DNA from: Eledone cirrhosa
Lineage: Eukaryota
DNA length: 64,000 bases
Assembly: GCA_964016885.1 (NCBI GenBank)
Contig: OZ024764.1
Span: forward strand, 26,412,001 to 26,476,000
Direction: 5' to 3'
Shown here in pieces: positions 1 to 12,602 of the stretch (positions are counted from its first letter, which is position 1; every line of letters begins with the position of its first letter). The translations under genes were made by a program, and so were the position numbers. The notes below the pieces were generated by a model that did not search any database, was not told the origin of the DNA, and saw nothing but the letters and a program-made list of their open reading frames with translations.

Positions 1-207
<207 letters not shown>

Positions 208-595
208 CCACATCACTGATATCTGTGGTAAATCATTCTCTTAACTAAACACACATTCATACAGGAGAGTAACCTCATTACTGATATCTATGGTAAATTA
301 TTCACTCACAATTGTGACCTAACAAGCTACAAACATATTCATATATGAGAGACTCCATATCACTGATATTTGTGGTTAAACGATGATGATGATGTTTGTT
401 TGGAAAGCAGATTTAAGTTAAATATGTGTGTTATGATATAACGGACGCTAACTGGAAGTGTAGACATATAAACATTTTAAAGAAGTGGATCTGAATCTTA
501 AGATACATTATTTATATATAAGAATATTGATGTTTAATCAAGAGCTACGAAATTTAGTAGATAAATTATGTAATATTCATTCATTATTTATATCT

Positions 596-772
596 GGAGA
601 GGATCTGACGCCATGCTTTGCAGCAAAGAGTTATGGCCACTTATGGTCTGAGTTCAAATCCCGCCCAGGTAAACTTTGCCTTTCATCCTTACGAGGTTGA
701 TAAAATAAAGCACCAGTAATACACTGGGATAATTGCTGGCCTTGTGTCAAAAGTAGAAACAATTATTTATTC
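596..772 (+). mobile_element. SINE-like interspersed repeat, family 1
   Basis: B-box-like GAGTTCAAATCC followed by TTTGCCTTTCATCCTT...GATAAAATAAAG(C/T)ACCAG; several other copies occur in the window. Confidence 0.7.
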
Positions 773-789
773 AAATAGAATTTTCAGTA

Positions 790-1308
790 AAAATTGATTA
801 AATTCTCAACAAAAATTGACTAAAATTTCAGCAAAAATTGGCTAAATTTTCAACAAAAATTGGCTGAATTTTCAACAAAAATTGGCTGAATTTTCAACAA
901 AAATTGGCTGAATTTTCAACAAAAGTTGGCTGAATTTTCAACAAAAATTGGCTGAATTTTCAACAAAAATTGGCTGAATTTTCAACAAAAGTTGGCTGAA
1001 TTTTCAACAAAAGTTGACTGAATTTTCAACAAAAATTGGCTGAATTTTCAACAAAAATTAGCTGAATTTTCAACAAAAGTTGGCTGAATTTTCAACAAAA
1101 ATTGGCTGAATTTTCAACAAAAATTGGCTGAATTTTCAACAAAAATTGGCTGAATTTTCAACAAAAATTGGCTGAATTTTCAACAAAAGTTGGCTGAATT
1201 TTCAACAAAAGTTGGCTGAATTTTCAACAAAAATTGGCTAAATTTTCAACAAAAGTTGGCTGAATTTTCAACAAAAATTAACTAAATTTTCAACAAAAAT
1301 TTGCTAAA
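790..1308. repeat. 22-bp minisatellite (TTGGCTGAATTTTCAACAAAAA), about 23 copies
   Basis: Direct 22-nt periodicity, for example TTGGC at 904 and 926. Confidence 0.95.
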
Positions 1309-1354
1309 GCCATGGCCTCGGACGCTCTACCGATTCTGCCAATCCACTACTAGT

Positions 1355-1552
1355 AATAATTGTTTCTACATTTGGCACAAGGCCAGCAATTATCCCAGTG
1401 CATTACTGGTACTTTATTTTATCGACCCCGTAAGGATGAAAAGCAAAGTTAACCTTGGTGGGATGTGAACTCAAAGCGTAAAGGGCCATAACTCTGTGCT
1501 GCAAAGCATGGCGTTTGATGCTCTACCAATACTGGCAATTCACCACCCTACT
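1355..1552 (-). mobile_element. SINE-like interspersed repeat, family 1 (inverted relative to 596-772)
   Basis: Reverse-complement similarity (CTGGTACTTTATTTTATCGACCCCGTAAGGATGAAAAGCAAAG). Confidence 0.7.
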
Positions 1553-1914
1553 AGTAATAATAATTGTTTCTGATTTAGACACATGCCCAACAATTTTAGG
1601 GGAAGGGGAAAGTTGATTAAGTTGACTCCAGTACATTACTGGTACTTTATTTTATCTATATTAATAGATGTATACGTACCTGCTAAGTGTCGCTGTATCG
1701 CATACAATTGGGGAAAATGTAAGTTTGATAAAGATTTCTTGTAAAATTGTGTGTAAATAATATAGTTATGTGTTCCGTTTGAAATTTACTGTAAATATAT
1801 AGAAGTGGAAACGCATATAAACACCGAGAAAGTATATTAGTACTTCCAAATATACTGGGAGTCCAGCTACCAAAGGTAGGGCTGTCCTTAGACCTATGTT
1901 GATTAAATGGTGAG

Positions 1915-2162
1915 AGGTGTACAATCACATGTGGAGGAGGTGAGACAAGAGTTTCTGGTAGTAATGTGTACCAAAGTAGCCTTGGTGTAGGTGATGTCAG
2001 ATGTACAATATGCGGTGGAGGAGGTGAGACAAGAGTTTCTGGTAGTAATGTGTACCAAAGTAGCCTTGGTGTAGGTGATGTCAGATGTACAATATGCGGT
2101 GGAGGAGGTGAGACAGGAGTTTCTGGTAGTAATGTCTACCACAGTAGCCTTGGTGTAGGTGT
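1915..2162. repeat. 84-bp tandem repeat, 3 copies, with a further partial copy at about 2405-2480
   Basis: GGAGGAGGTGAGAC recurs every 84 nt, giving a 28-aa period in the overlapping spurious ORFs. Confidence 0.9.
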
Positions 2163-2240
2163 GTGACATCTCACACCTATGAAGGTTTAGCTGGCCTCCA
2201 AGGTATATCTCGTTGAAGGTGTCTTGGATAATTTAATGAT

Positions 2241-2402
2241 AGGGACCCCAGTCCTATCATTTCATTTCTACAGCTGAGTAAACTGGAACAATGTGAAATA
2301 AAGTGTCTTGTTCAAGGAAACAACACATCACCCAGTCCGAGTATTGAACTCACAACCTTTCGATTGCAAGCTCAATGCTCTAACCACTAAGCCATGCGCC
2401 TT
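2241..2402 (-). mobile_element. tRNA-derived SINE, family 2 (CORE-like body)
   Basis: Minus strand has A-box TGGCTTAGTGG, B-box GAGTTCAATAC and CCTTGAACAAGACACTTT; plus-strand copies lie at 17881 and 35836. Confidence 0.75.
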
Positions 2403-2771
2403 CACTTGGTGTAGGTGGTGCCAGATGTACAATAACATGTAGTGGAGGTGAGACGGGAGTTTCCAATTGTAATTTGTTCCAAAGTTATGTTGGTGTAAAA
2501 GTAATAAGGTAAAACCTGAAGTTTGCTCTCATTAACATCATTTTCAAATTGCTCCCTGTGGGACTTGTGCAACACGTTGGGAATCACTGATCGACAGGCT
2601 TTTCTGAAGAGAAGAAAAGGAGTTTACTGGTTGATGGGTGTGTGTTTCCTGGGCTACAAATGACAGCGGTGCTGCTACCCCCAAGATTGTCAGCTGAATT
2701 TGCTAACTCCTCAAGACGGGTGGGTGCTTCACTAACTGCCAAAATGCTACATGTGGCTGGCGATAGCCTCT

Positions 2772-3225
2772 TTAGAAACTGTTGCTCCAGGATATCAGAT
2801 CATCGTATTTTCCGCCAACAGTTACTTTGACTGTCTTAAAAACTGTGATGGTTTCTGCCCATATTTTTTGTGGTCTTCCTCTACTGCATTTTCCTTCCAC
2901 TGGGATTACTTGACACTTCTTCACCCAGTGGTCATCATCCATGCATGTCACATGGCCATACCAATCCAGTCTTCTCTTCTGCACACTACAGTTTATTCCT
3001 CTTGTACATAGTTTCACTCTCAACTCTGAACATCACTGTGACTGCGGCCCCTGAGACCAGATTTGCTCAAGCACACCTTTCCACACTCAGGGCACACCAA
3101 TTCAGTGGAGACACCGATCATTTCAAGGGATACACCAGGGTATTGCTTATACACATTCCATTTGATCGTCTCATGCTCTATGCGTCTGTCCTCAAAATTA
3201 TGGACCCCATCATTCACCATTACAT
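2772..3225 (-). mobile_element. Decayed non-LTR retrotransposon 3' fragments (RTE-like)
   Basis: RRLDWYGHV..M..DHWVKK....VEG..SRGRP..W motif and an adjacent CPECGKVCLSKSGL C-terminal zinc motif, typical of RTE-clade ORF ends. Confidence 0.7.
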
Positions 3226-3842
3226 ATATAGTGGCTTTGTTCTAAAGGATAGGAACATTGTGTGTGATTGCAGCATCAAACCACAGGCTACGCAGCACCT
3301 GATATGTCCCCTGCTGGAACACCCCTGCACAGTATTGGACTTGGCAGAGTTTAATGGGAAAGGACAGTAATGTGTTCAGCTGTAACAGAACCAAATCTAG
3401 CCAAGCTTTGTAGCTGACACTGTTGTGGACATAACAAGAAGACTTGTTTATTCTTGTATATATATATAGTATCTATTTAATGTTGTATATATATATATAT
3501 ATATATATAAATAGTTAGTGTTGTGTATATATATAGTGTATAGAGTTGTCTTGTCTCTCTGTTGTATGTATATATATATATATATATAGTGGTGTCTTGT
3601 CTGCCTGTTGGTTAGTGTGTATATATAGTGGCTTTACTTTAAAGGATGGGGACATTGTATGTAACTGCAGCATCGAACCAGACTACACAGCACCTCCTGA
3701 TATCTCCCCTGCTGGAACACCCCTGCACAGTATTGGACTTGGCAGAGTTTAATGGGAAAGGACAGTAATGTGTTGAGTTGTGGTGGAACCTCATCTAGCC
3801 AAGCTTTTGTAACTGACATTCTTGTGGACATGACAAGAAGAA
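3226..3842 (+). mobile_element. Two copies (about 3226-3442 and 3625-3842) of a LINE C-terminal zinc-knuckle fragment separated by TA-rich DNA
   Basis: Direct repeat of about 215 bp; the first copy translates CDCSIKPQATQHLICPLLEHPC...DL. Confidence 0.55.
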
Positions 3843-4109
3843 TTAGAAATTCTTTCAGAATAACATTACAAATATAAAGTCATATAATAAATACAATTAA
3901 CTATTGCTAGGAACCTCACAAATATAACACCAAAATATATAACCAGAGTGAGAGACAGAAAAACAGGGGAAATAAAAGCAAAAATGACCATCAATTCACC
4001 AGCAAGTGTGATGATCGGGGGCACATTACATCACAAGAGTCAACGGAAAGTTTTGAGGCAAGCAGCGACACATTAGCAGTATTATCAAAGGTGATGGCGA
4101 GGTTAAGGT

Positions 4110-4358
4110 GCTGCAACAACCAAGCACTCTCATGGACATCTGACACCTTGGTAAGGCTGGGTGATGGCCAGGCTAACTGATCACTATTTAGTTATCTGCA
4201 ACTTGAGGCTCCCTAAAATCAAAGAAGCCCACAAAACTGGCAGGACCAGGGCAACCTACAGGATAAAGTGGGAAGTGTTGATGGATAAGGAAGTCAGGAC
4301 CAGGTGTGTAGATACTATTGCATCTAAATGCAGAGAACTTAAGCAAATTGAGGACGTA
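4110..4358 (+). mobile_element. LINE AP-endonuclease C-terminal fragment; copies at about 8300-8553 and 30345-30598
   Basis: TDHYLVICNLRL (SDH-type motif) followed by YRIKWEVL; three near-identical copies, upstream of genes A, B and D. Confidence 0.6.
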
Positions 4359-5395
4359 ATATAATTTATTGAAAGAAAATGTGGAGAGAATAATAAGAGT
4401 TGTCCCCCTTCCCATATTTTCGGTTATTAAAAACACATGCGCAATAGACAAGTACCTTACTTCCGTCTTCATCGGATTTAAGAAAAATATATTTCTGAAA
4501 GTATTCAATAATGTAAGTATTATGTCTGCTAATATTGTAGACTTACGTTAACACTTCTCACATGAGAAATATTGGTTTTTCTTTCTTTCATTATTGGAAA
4601 TATAAAACGTTATGGTGAACATGTGTAATTTAGCCACCTCTAATTAATTAAAGCGGAAACTATTGTTGTTGCTAGTCAGACATTGATATTAATTCTATTG
4701 TCCAGTACATTGCCTCAAATATCACAGATTAAACAGATTTTAACAATAACAACACAAATCAATAACTTTAATCTAGATTATTATCTAAACTACGATGTAT
4801 AATTGTGTTGAAATCTAATGGTCATCATTTGCTGTCCCCATCTACGACACATTGTACACTAAAAGACATGAGGTATTTACAAAGTTTCCTAATATGTGTG
4901 ACTTCATTTAGTTCCTATATATTTATACCAGACCTTTTATAGATATTATCTTGGTGGCATACTCCTATTTCTTTTATTCATCACATGTCCATACCAGCAC
5001 AACCTCCCCCTCCCCCTGCTCACTGCAGCTGATTCCTCTTATGCTTAGTCTCTCTCTCAGTACGTTTATCATTTGCCTTTCACGTATATTACTATTACAC
5101 CTTAGGATATCAGAGCATGCACCTGACCACCTGTGGAATAAGCTCAAAGATTCCAAGTAGTAAATCCGAGCATTTATTTACATTAAATATATTTCTTCAA
5201 TGGAATATATACAAAGGAGATTAATCATTATTTTAAGGTATCTATATTCAAGGTTCTTGTTAATTTTTGATAGGTTACCTCCGTAACTGCGTGTTTACAC
5301 TCTTTACAAATTATCCCCTGTAATTGTTTGATGTCTTTATTTTATATATATCATTCGATTTTTAATTTAATGTGTATATATATATCTATCTAGCT

Positions 5396-5615
5396 ATGTA
5401 TGTTAGCTTTTGTTGATCTAGAGAAGGCCTTTGACAGAGTACCTTGTTCTGCCATCTGGTGGTCATTAAGGAAACTAGGCATAGAAGAATGGTTTGTAAG
5501 AGCAGTACAAGCTATGAACAGAGAAGACATTAGTAAGGTGAGAGTAGGAAATGAGTTCAGTGAGGAAGTCAAGAGTGCAGCTGGGTGTTCATCAAGGCTC
5601 AGTTCTCAGTCCACT
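5396..5615 (+). mobile_element. RTE-type reverse transcriptase fragment in the presumed intron before each ZNF exon (copies at about 13645, 27865, 31920)
   Basis: AFVDLEKAFDRVP...IWWSLRKLGIEEWFVRAVQAM...SKVRVGNEFSEE matches an RT conserved block; no YADD motif follows. Confidence 0.85.
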
Positions 5616-5734
5616 TCTTTCCTTTCATCACAGTTTGTGGCATCATTCATAAATCTTGCTCTCTTTGTCTCTTCTTCTCCACTTACAACATTTTTACTCC
5701 ATCTACTTTCTGTTGTCTGTCTTCTCTTATAATA

Positions 5735-5753
5735 TATTTTTTTTTTATTTCAG
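5735..5753 (+). promoter_or_regulatory. Candidate splice acceptor of the ZNF terminal exon (poly-T...TTTCAG|ATTATCAG), present before all four genes
   Basis: Polypyrimidine tract plus CAG about 358 nt upstream of each ATG. Confidence 0.6.
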
Positions 5754-6111
5754 ATTATCAGATGACATTGAATTCAAAGAAGGTTTTCTTGAGATGTATC
5801 ATCAATATTTATCATCTTTTAAAGGGTAAAAGAAGTTGATATATCATAGAGATATAATCTTAATTACATATATCTGTCTGTGGTATATTTCTTTTCACCT
5901 GAGAGAAATAGCAACGTTTCTCTTTTTCACTGTCTGGAATATTTACAAGAGGATTTTACCTTGAAATTAAACTTGGATAAATTTAAGTTGATGGAAATAT
6001 TACACTAGAAATATTTTTCAACATTATAGGAACATTTGAAATTAAAGACAAGAAAAGTATAGAAAAACTAATTATCAGATAAACTTTTTTGGGTGATATT
6101 TTCTAGAAGAG

Positions 6112-7311
6112 ATGTCAAATGAGGTAAAAAATGTATCTTACTCCTGTGATGTCTGTGGTAAATCATACTCTTCCGGTACTGTATTAACAAGACACAAACG
6201 TATCCATACAGGAGAGAAGCCATATCACTGTGATGTCTGTGGTAAATCATTCTCTGTAAGTAGTACCTTAACTGTACACAAACGTATCCATACAGGTGAA
6301 AAGCCATATCACTGTGAAATCTGTGGTAAATCATTCTCTGGAAGCAATGATTTACATAAACATAAACGTGTTCATACAGGAGAGAAACCATATCATTGTG
6401 ATATCTGTGGTAAAACATTCTCTTATAGTGATGTCTTAACTAAACATAAATTCACTCACACAGGCGAGACACCATATCACTGTGATGTCTGTGGTAAATC
6501 ATTCTCTTTAAGTGGTGCATTAACAACACACAAACGTATTCACACAGGGGAGAAACCATATCGTTGTGATATGTGTGATAAAATATTTTCTAGGCGTGAT
6601 GCTTTAACTACTCACAGACGTATTCATACAGGAGAGAAACCATATCATTGTGAAATCTGTGATAAAACATTTTCTCGCAATAATGAATTAACCATTCACA
6701 AACGTATTCATACAGGAGAGAAACCATATCATTGTGAAATCTGTGATCAAACATTCTCTCAGAAAAGTCATTTAACTACTCACAAACATTTTCATACAGG
6801 AGAGAAGCCATATCACTGTGATGTTTGTGGTAAATCATTCTCCGAGAATGGTAATTTAACTAAACACAAACGCATTCATACCGGAGAGAAACCATTTCAC
6901 TGTGTATTCTGTGGTAAATCATTTTCTCAATATCAGCATTTAACTACTCACAAATATGTTCATACAGGAGAAACACCACATCACTGTGATGTCTGTGGTA
7001 AATCATTCTCTGAAAGTAGTATCTTAACTAAACACATACGCCTTCATACAGGAGAGAAGCCATATCACTGTGATATCTGTGGTAAATCATTTTCTCAGCA
7101 TTATTATTTAACTACTCACAAACGTATTCATACAGGAGAGAAGCCATATCATTGTGATATCTGTGGTAAAACATTTTCTCAGAGAGCGAATTTATCCACT
7201 CACAGACGTATTCATACAGGAGAGAAGCCATATCATTGTGATATCTGTGGGAAAACATTTCATGATAAAAGTGGCTTCAATAAACACAAACGCATTCATA
7301 CTAAGGAGTAG
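6112..7311 (+). CDS. C2H2 zinc-finger protein A, 14 tandem fingers, no effector domain
   Basis: 399-aa ORF of CxxC-x12-HxxxH repeats with TGEKPY linkers after an 11-aa leader. Confidence 0.95.
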   Translation: MSNEVKNVSYSCDVCGKSYSSGTVLTRHKRIHTGEKPYHCDVCGKSFSVSSTLTVHKRIHTGEKPYHCEICGKSFSGSNDLHKHKRVHTGEKPYHCDICGKTFSYSDVLTKHKFTHTGETPYHCDVCGKSFSLSGALTTHKRIHTGEKPYRCDMCDKIFSRRDALTTHRRIHTGEKPYHCEICDKTFSRNNELTIHKRIHTGEKPYHCEICDQTFSQKSHLTTHKHFHTGEKPYHCDVCGKSFSENGNLTKHKRIHTGEKPFHCVFCGKSFSQYQHLTTHKYVHTGETPHHCDVCGKSFSESSILTKHIRLHTGEKPYHCDICGKSFSQHYYLTTHKRIHTGEKPYHCDICGKTFSQRANLSTHRRIHTGEKPYHCDICGKTFHDKSGFNKHKRIHTKE

Positions 7312-8871
7312 CCACATCACTGATATCTGTGGTAAATCATTCTCTTAACTAAACACACATTCATACAGGAGAGAAACCTCATTACTGATATCTATGGTAA
7401 ATTATTCACTCACAATTGTGAACTAACAAGCTACAAACATTCATATATGAGAGACTCCATATCACTGATATTTGTGGTTAAACGATGATGATGATGTTTG
7501 TTTGGAAAGCAGATTTAAGTTAAATCTGCTTTCCAAACAATCACGTCAACTCCAATCGATATATGTGTGTGTGTGTATATAAATGCAACTGTGCATACAT
7601 GTAAGTATGGGTTTATCGAATAATAATAATAATATTTGATTCGTTTATAAGCAAACTGGCGTACTATAATATGCTGGGCCTTGATGACCGATTTTCATCT
7701 GTTTGTTCAACAGTAACATCAAGGAACAATCAACATGTTTCTGGGTTGTTACCCTTCATCAGGACTGTATACCTCTATGCCACTCGATTGAACAGTTGAA
7801 AATATATAATATTTTCTAAAGTATACATCGGCTGATTAGCTTCATTTGCATACTGACCGATTTTACGGCTAACCTTGCCGAAAATTAAAAACAAAATTAG
7901 AATTTCATTTCTTGCTCTAGCATAGCAAACATAAATGTAAGTATACATATGTACATATATACACATATATATATATAGATGTAAATAACATTATAAATAA
8001 CAATATGCACAGAAATTATAGAGAGACTGTTACACTGTCTTATGTAATCAGTAAAGTAATCCATGATACATTAAAAAAAGACGATATATATATAAACTGC
8101 ATCACGGTGAAATGTAATGAAAATGAAAAAGGAGAAAATTATTGACGGAAATATAAACGTTTTACGAAGCAAATTTATGAACGTTTATATAAGTGATATC
8201 ATATAGCGTACGGCTATGTGTGTTATGATATAACGGACGCTAACTGGAAGTGTAGACATATAAATATTTTAAGGCTGGCTGATGGAGAAGCTAAGACACT
8301 GAAATAACCAAGCACCCTCATGGACATCTCCTGACACCTTGGTAAGGCTGGGTAATGGCGAGGCTAACTAATCACTATTTAGTTATTTGCAACTTGAGGC
8401 TCCCTAAAATCAAAGAAGCCCACAAAACTGGCAGGTCCAGGGCAACCTACAGGATAAAGTGGGAAGTGTTGATGGATAAAGAAGTCAGGACCAGGTGTGT
8501 AGATACTATTGCATCTAAATGCAGAGAACTTCTTAAGCAAATTGAGGACGTAACACATCTAAACATAAATACTCATAACTATATATGTATGTTTTTAAAT
8601 AGCATTTGATGTATGTTTTATTATTTACATCAAGTTATTTTTAAACTGGCTGTATCCGGCCAGAATTTTCTCACCCCTTTCTGTGCAAACTGGCTGCAAT
8701 TGGCCACTGATACCTACAATAAGGTATTGTCCTCAAAATAGATAATATCAACTGTCCAACGATTCTCTCCTAAGACATTCTAACCGTGAAATAAAGTCTT
8801 TACCATGAAAATACAATAGTATATATAGAGTAATGTGAGGTAAAGACTTTAATGTGAAAATACAATAGTAT

Positions 8872-9828
8872 ACTAGACATGAAAAATGCGCAAGCTCAAA
8901 AGTGCCACAGAATGTTATAATAAACCTTCAAAAGTGTGGGACTAGAGTTGTTGCTAAAAAATATTGTAATCATTATATATCGTACATTCTGTGGCATCCT
9001 TTATAAAAATAGCTTAAACCAACGAAGCCTTTATTTTTACGCTATTTCACTTAGTTAATTCTTAGAGTGTAACATATAAAAATATGATTTACAACTATAA
9101 AATAAATTAATTAATATAATAACAGAGCTGCGAAGCTGAAATTTAGGAAATAATGGAGTATCGGATCCTGAGTTGGAGCCAGTCAATTTTTAGCCGACTC
9201 CGCAGCCCTGTATAATACATTTCATATTAAAGTTATTAATAAACCTATTTTACACTGCATGCAAATTACCATGAGATATTGATATTAGATATAAGATACA
9301 GCGCAATATCTACAGCTGTAAAAGTACGAAAGCGAAGTAATAATAAGTGGCTTAAGGTAATTCCAATATGAAAGTTTGTAGTGATAAAAATTTGATAATG
9401 CAATACGATTGTTAATATTATAGTTCTATGAAAATGTAACAATAGATAACTAAATTATTTTACTATTAGTATATTTAAGAAATTATCATTATAGATTTGA
9501 TCGTTCATATAAGCATCATATTAATTTTCAACACAATTATTTTGTTACTATGAGTATATGATAATAATATTACGTAATTATTTATAGCTGTTATTACATT
9601 AAACATAGATGTATTTATTTTTATATGTTACACTCTAAGAATTAACTAAGTGAAATAGCGTAAAAATAAAGGCTTCGTTGGTTTAAGCTATTTTTATAAA
9701 GGATGCCACAGAATGTACGATATATAATGATTACAATATTTTTTAGCAACAACTCTAGTCCCACACTTTTGAAGGTTTATTATAACATTCTGTGGCACTT
9801 TTGAGCTTGCGCATTTTTCATGTCTAGT
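8872..9828. repeat. Inverted repeat with 213-bp arms (8872-9084 and 9616-9828)
   Basis: Arms read as reverse complements with no mismatch seen by eye. Confidence 0.93.
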
Positions 9829-11054
9829 TTAATATTTTTTTAAGGCAACGCTTGTAATAACTCTAGTTAAACAGGATATATATTAATAATAAATTATCGT
9901 TGTAATGTAATTAGATTATGTAATTATTATTATAAATTATCTTATAAATATTAGTGTAAGATGTATAAAAATATTTTCAGACTTTTAATATAAACAACTA
10001 CAAAAAACAATCAATATTAAATCAATATATTATACATAATAGAAGACATAAAATAAACAATACAAATACAAAATATTTACATACAATTGCAATTATCAGT
10101 GTATATACATTTTCTTTATATTCCCTGAGCAAATTAATAAGATTTGTTTTTATTGTACATAATTTGATGACTTGTTGGTGTGTATTAAAAGATAGCAACA
10201 ATTTGTGATTAAATTGTTATCTTAAGCAACTCACTTTTTAATAGTTGTTGGCTGAGCGAAATTGTAAAAGCCTATGAGCAAATATAAAAAAAAATACACA
10301 AACAACATTTCCTTGTGTTATTACAACATTAGATAAAATAATTGAGCAATGTCGTTATATTTTGCTCTTATTGCACATTAATAGTGTTTCTATTTTTCGG
10401 CACAAATCCATTACGGCAGTCCATTACTGGTACTTTATTTTATCGAATTAGTAAGTATGAAAGTCGAAGTTAACCTCGGCAGGATTTGAACTTAGAATGC
10501 AAAGGACCATAACAATACTGCAAAGCATGGTGTCTGACGCTCTACCAATACTTGTGTTGAGCTGGTCATTAATTTATGGTGGTCGTGCGTGGAGTAGAGC
10601 AATTGCTAGTTGAAATATTATGAACAAAACATTTTTATTTGCCGAAGAACATATTTTCAATACTGTTTGTGAATGTGACGAAGGAAATACATTCTGATAT
10701 GGAACAGTGTACAAAGTGTGTCTGTGAATAACATAATGTTACCTCATGTTGTTGTCAAGACATAATGGATTTCGTTTATCCAGTTAGAAGATGAAACCTA
10801 GCCATCTCGGATTAGTTATATTTCATGCCATGTGTAAACGTGTTTGAGGATAGCAAAATATGCGTGTTTCTTGTCTGGAAACTTTCTGCTAAACAAATTT
10901 GTTTCAGTATATATTTAATATAATATTAATATATTTTGTAATATTATTAACTAATTATTATAATTAGCGCTTCACGCTTTGTCTATATACTGAAACAAAT
11001 GTGTAAGTCATTACCTAATTAAACTCTTTGCTTGAAATTTTATCATTCTTCATT

Positions 11055-11088
<34 letters not shown>

Positions 11089-12602
11089 TTTATCTAGTCC
11101 TTCGCTCAAGATTAATCTATAAGTTTAGATGTCTGCCTTCGTTTAAGTAAATATTACAGTAAGATTTTTAATATAAACAACTACAAAAAACAATTAATAT
11201 TAAAACGAAAAAATTATCAATGATAAAAGAAGCGGATGCAACTTTTTTTTTTATAAAGTTATATTCCTGTTTCTTTAAAGAACATTTCATTTTTGTTCTA
11301 TTGTAGGCGAAATAATGCAATGGTTTAATAGGGAAGATATAACTTACCAATTATGTCTCTAACCGTGTAACGCTTTTTAAGTAGATAACTACAATTGAAA
11401 ATACTAAAGAAATGGAACCAACAATTCAATTTGAAAGTCGTCTACTTATAGTGACAGTGTATTACTGGTACTTTATTTTATCGATCCCGTAACGATGAAA
11501 GGCAAAAATGCAAATGCTTAAAATTTAAATTGCCTTAATTCTATCGTCTGCTGTTTCATTAAAGGGAGATTCTCGTCTGTATTTAATTCTATCGTCTACT
11601 GTTCCACTAAACAGATATACCTCCACTATCGTCTCTATTTATACATTTTAACTTATAACTTATACACATTTGATTTGAAATATTTTATCTAGTCCCCCCT
11701 CTCAATATTATGATGATTTCTTTCGAATGAAACAGTTCTAGTCCTGTAGAAGCCATTTATATATATAATTGAACTGAGTTAAAAATTCACAATATTTATA
11801 ATTAAATAAGCTCATATATATATGTGTGTATTTATCTGTTTATTGTATTATATATAATGTGTGTATATACAGGATGTCCCCCAAAAATATATACACACTT
11901 CAACAGCATTCTAATAACTATTGCCTGTACAGGTAATCAAAGTGTCAATCGAATGTTAGTTTCGTGTTTTAACAGTACAAATTTACAATACACACATAAA
12001 ACCAGTGTATATACATACATGAGTGTGTATACACATACATGAATGTGTATATACAATATATATGTATATATATATAGACACATATATTCACGGTGCAACG
12101 GAACATTAAAATATAGATGCGGGAGGGGGGGTGTATATATAGGGGCGCTGGGGATAAAGGAGTGTAAAGCGTGTGTAATTGATATATTGAAGGAGAGGAG
12201 CGTGCAGCGATAGAGTAACAAATATATAGAGAGGGGGAGAGATGGTATTGAAGGAGAGGAGTGCAAAGCGAAAGCGTAAGAGAGATATATATAGAGACGG
12301 AACAGATAGAGAGAAACAGGCGTAAATAACAGTGGAAGAGATATATAGAGAGGGGGAAATGTGTTATTGAAGGGGAGGAGTGTAAAGCGAAAGCGTAAGA
12401 TATATATAGAGAGAGGGGGAATAGTATATATATATATATATATATATATCAACACTTACTCTGATTGGTTGAAAATTAGCCAATGACATACGATCACCAC
12501 CACCACGGCTATCCCCGAAAAATTTATGAAGAAGCTAGGCATATATGTTAGAACACGAAAAGTGAACATTCTGTTGTTTCACACTTTTCGTGTTCTAACA
12601 GA
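8873..12602 (-). mobile_element. Non-autonomous Helitron, 3730 bp
   Basis: Minus strand reads A|TC...CTAG|T with no target duplication. Joining the flanks gives TAGTATA+TATAGAG, exactly the uninterrupted paralogous site at about 30926-30939. Confidence 0.85.

Noticed and set aside
6068-6418. Antisense ORFs opposite the ZNF genes (also 14404, 28535, 32590)
   Set aside because: Known by-product of C2H2 codon periodicity; no independent coding evidence.
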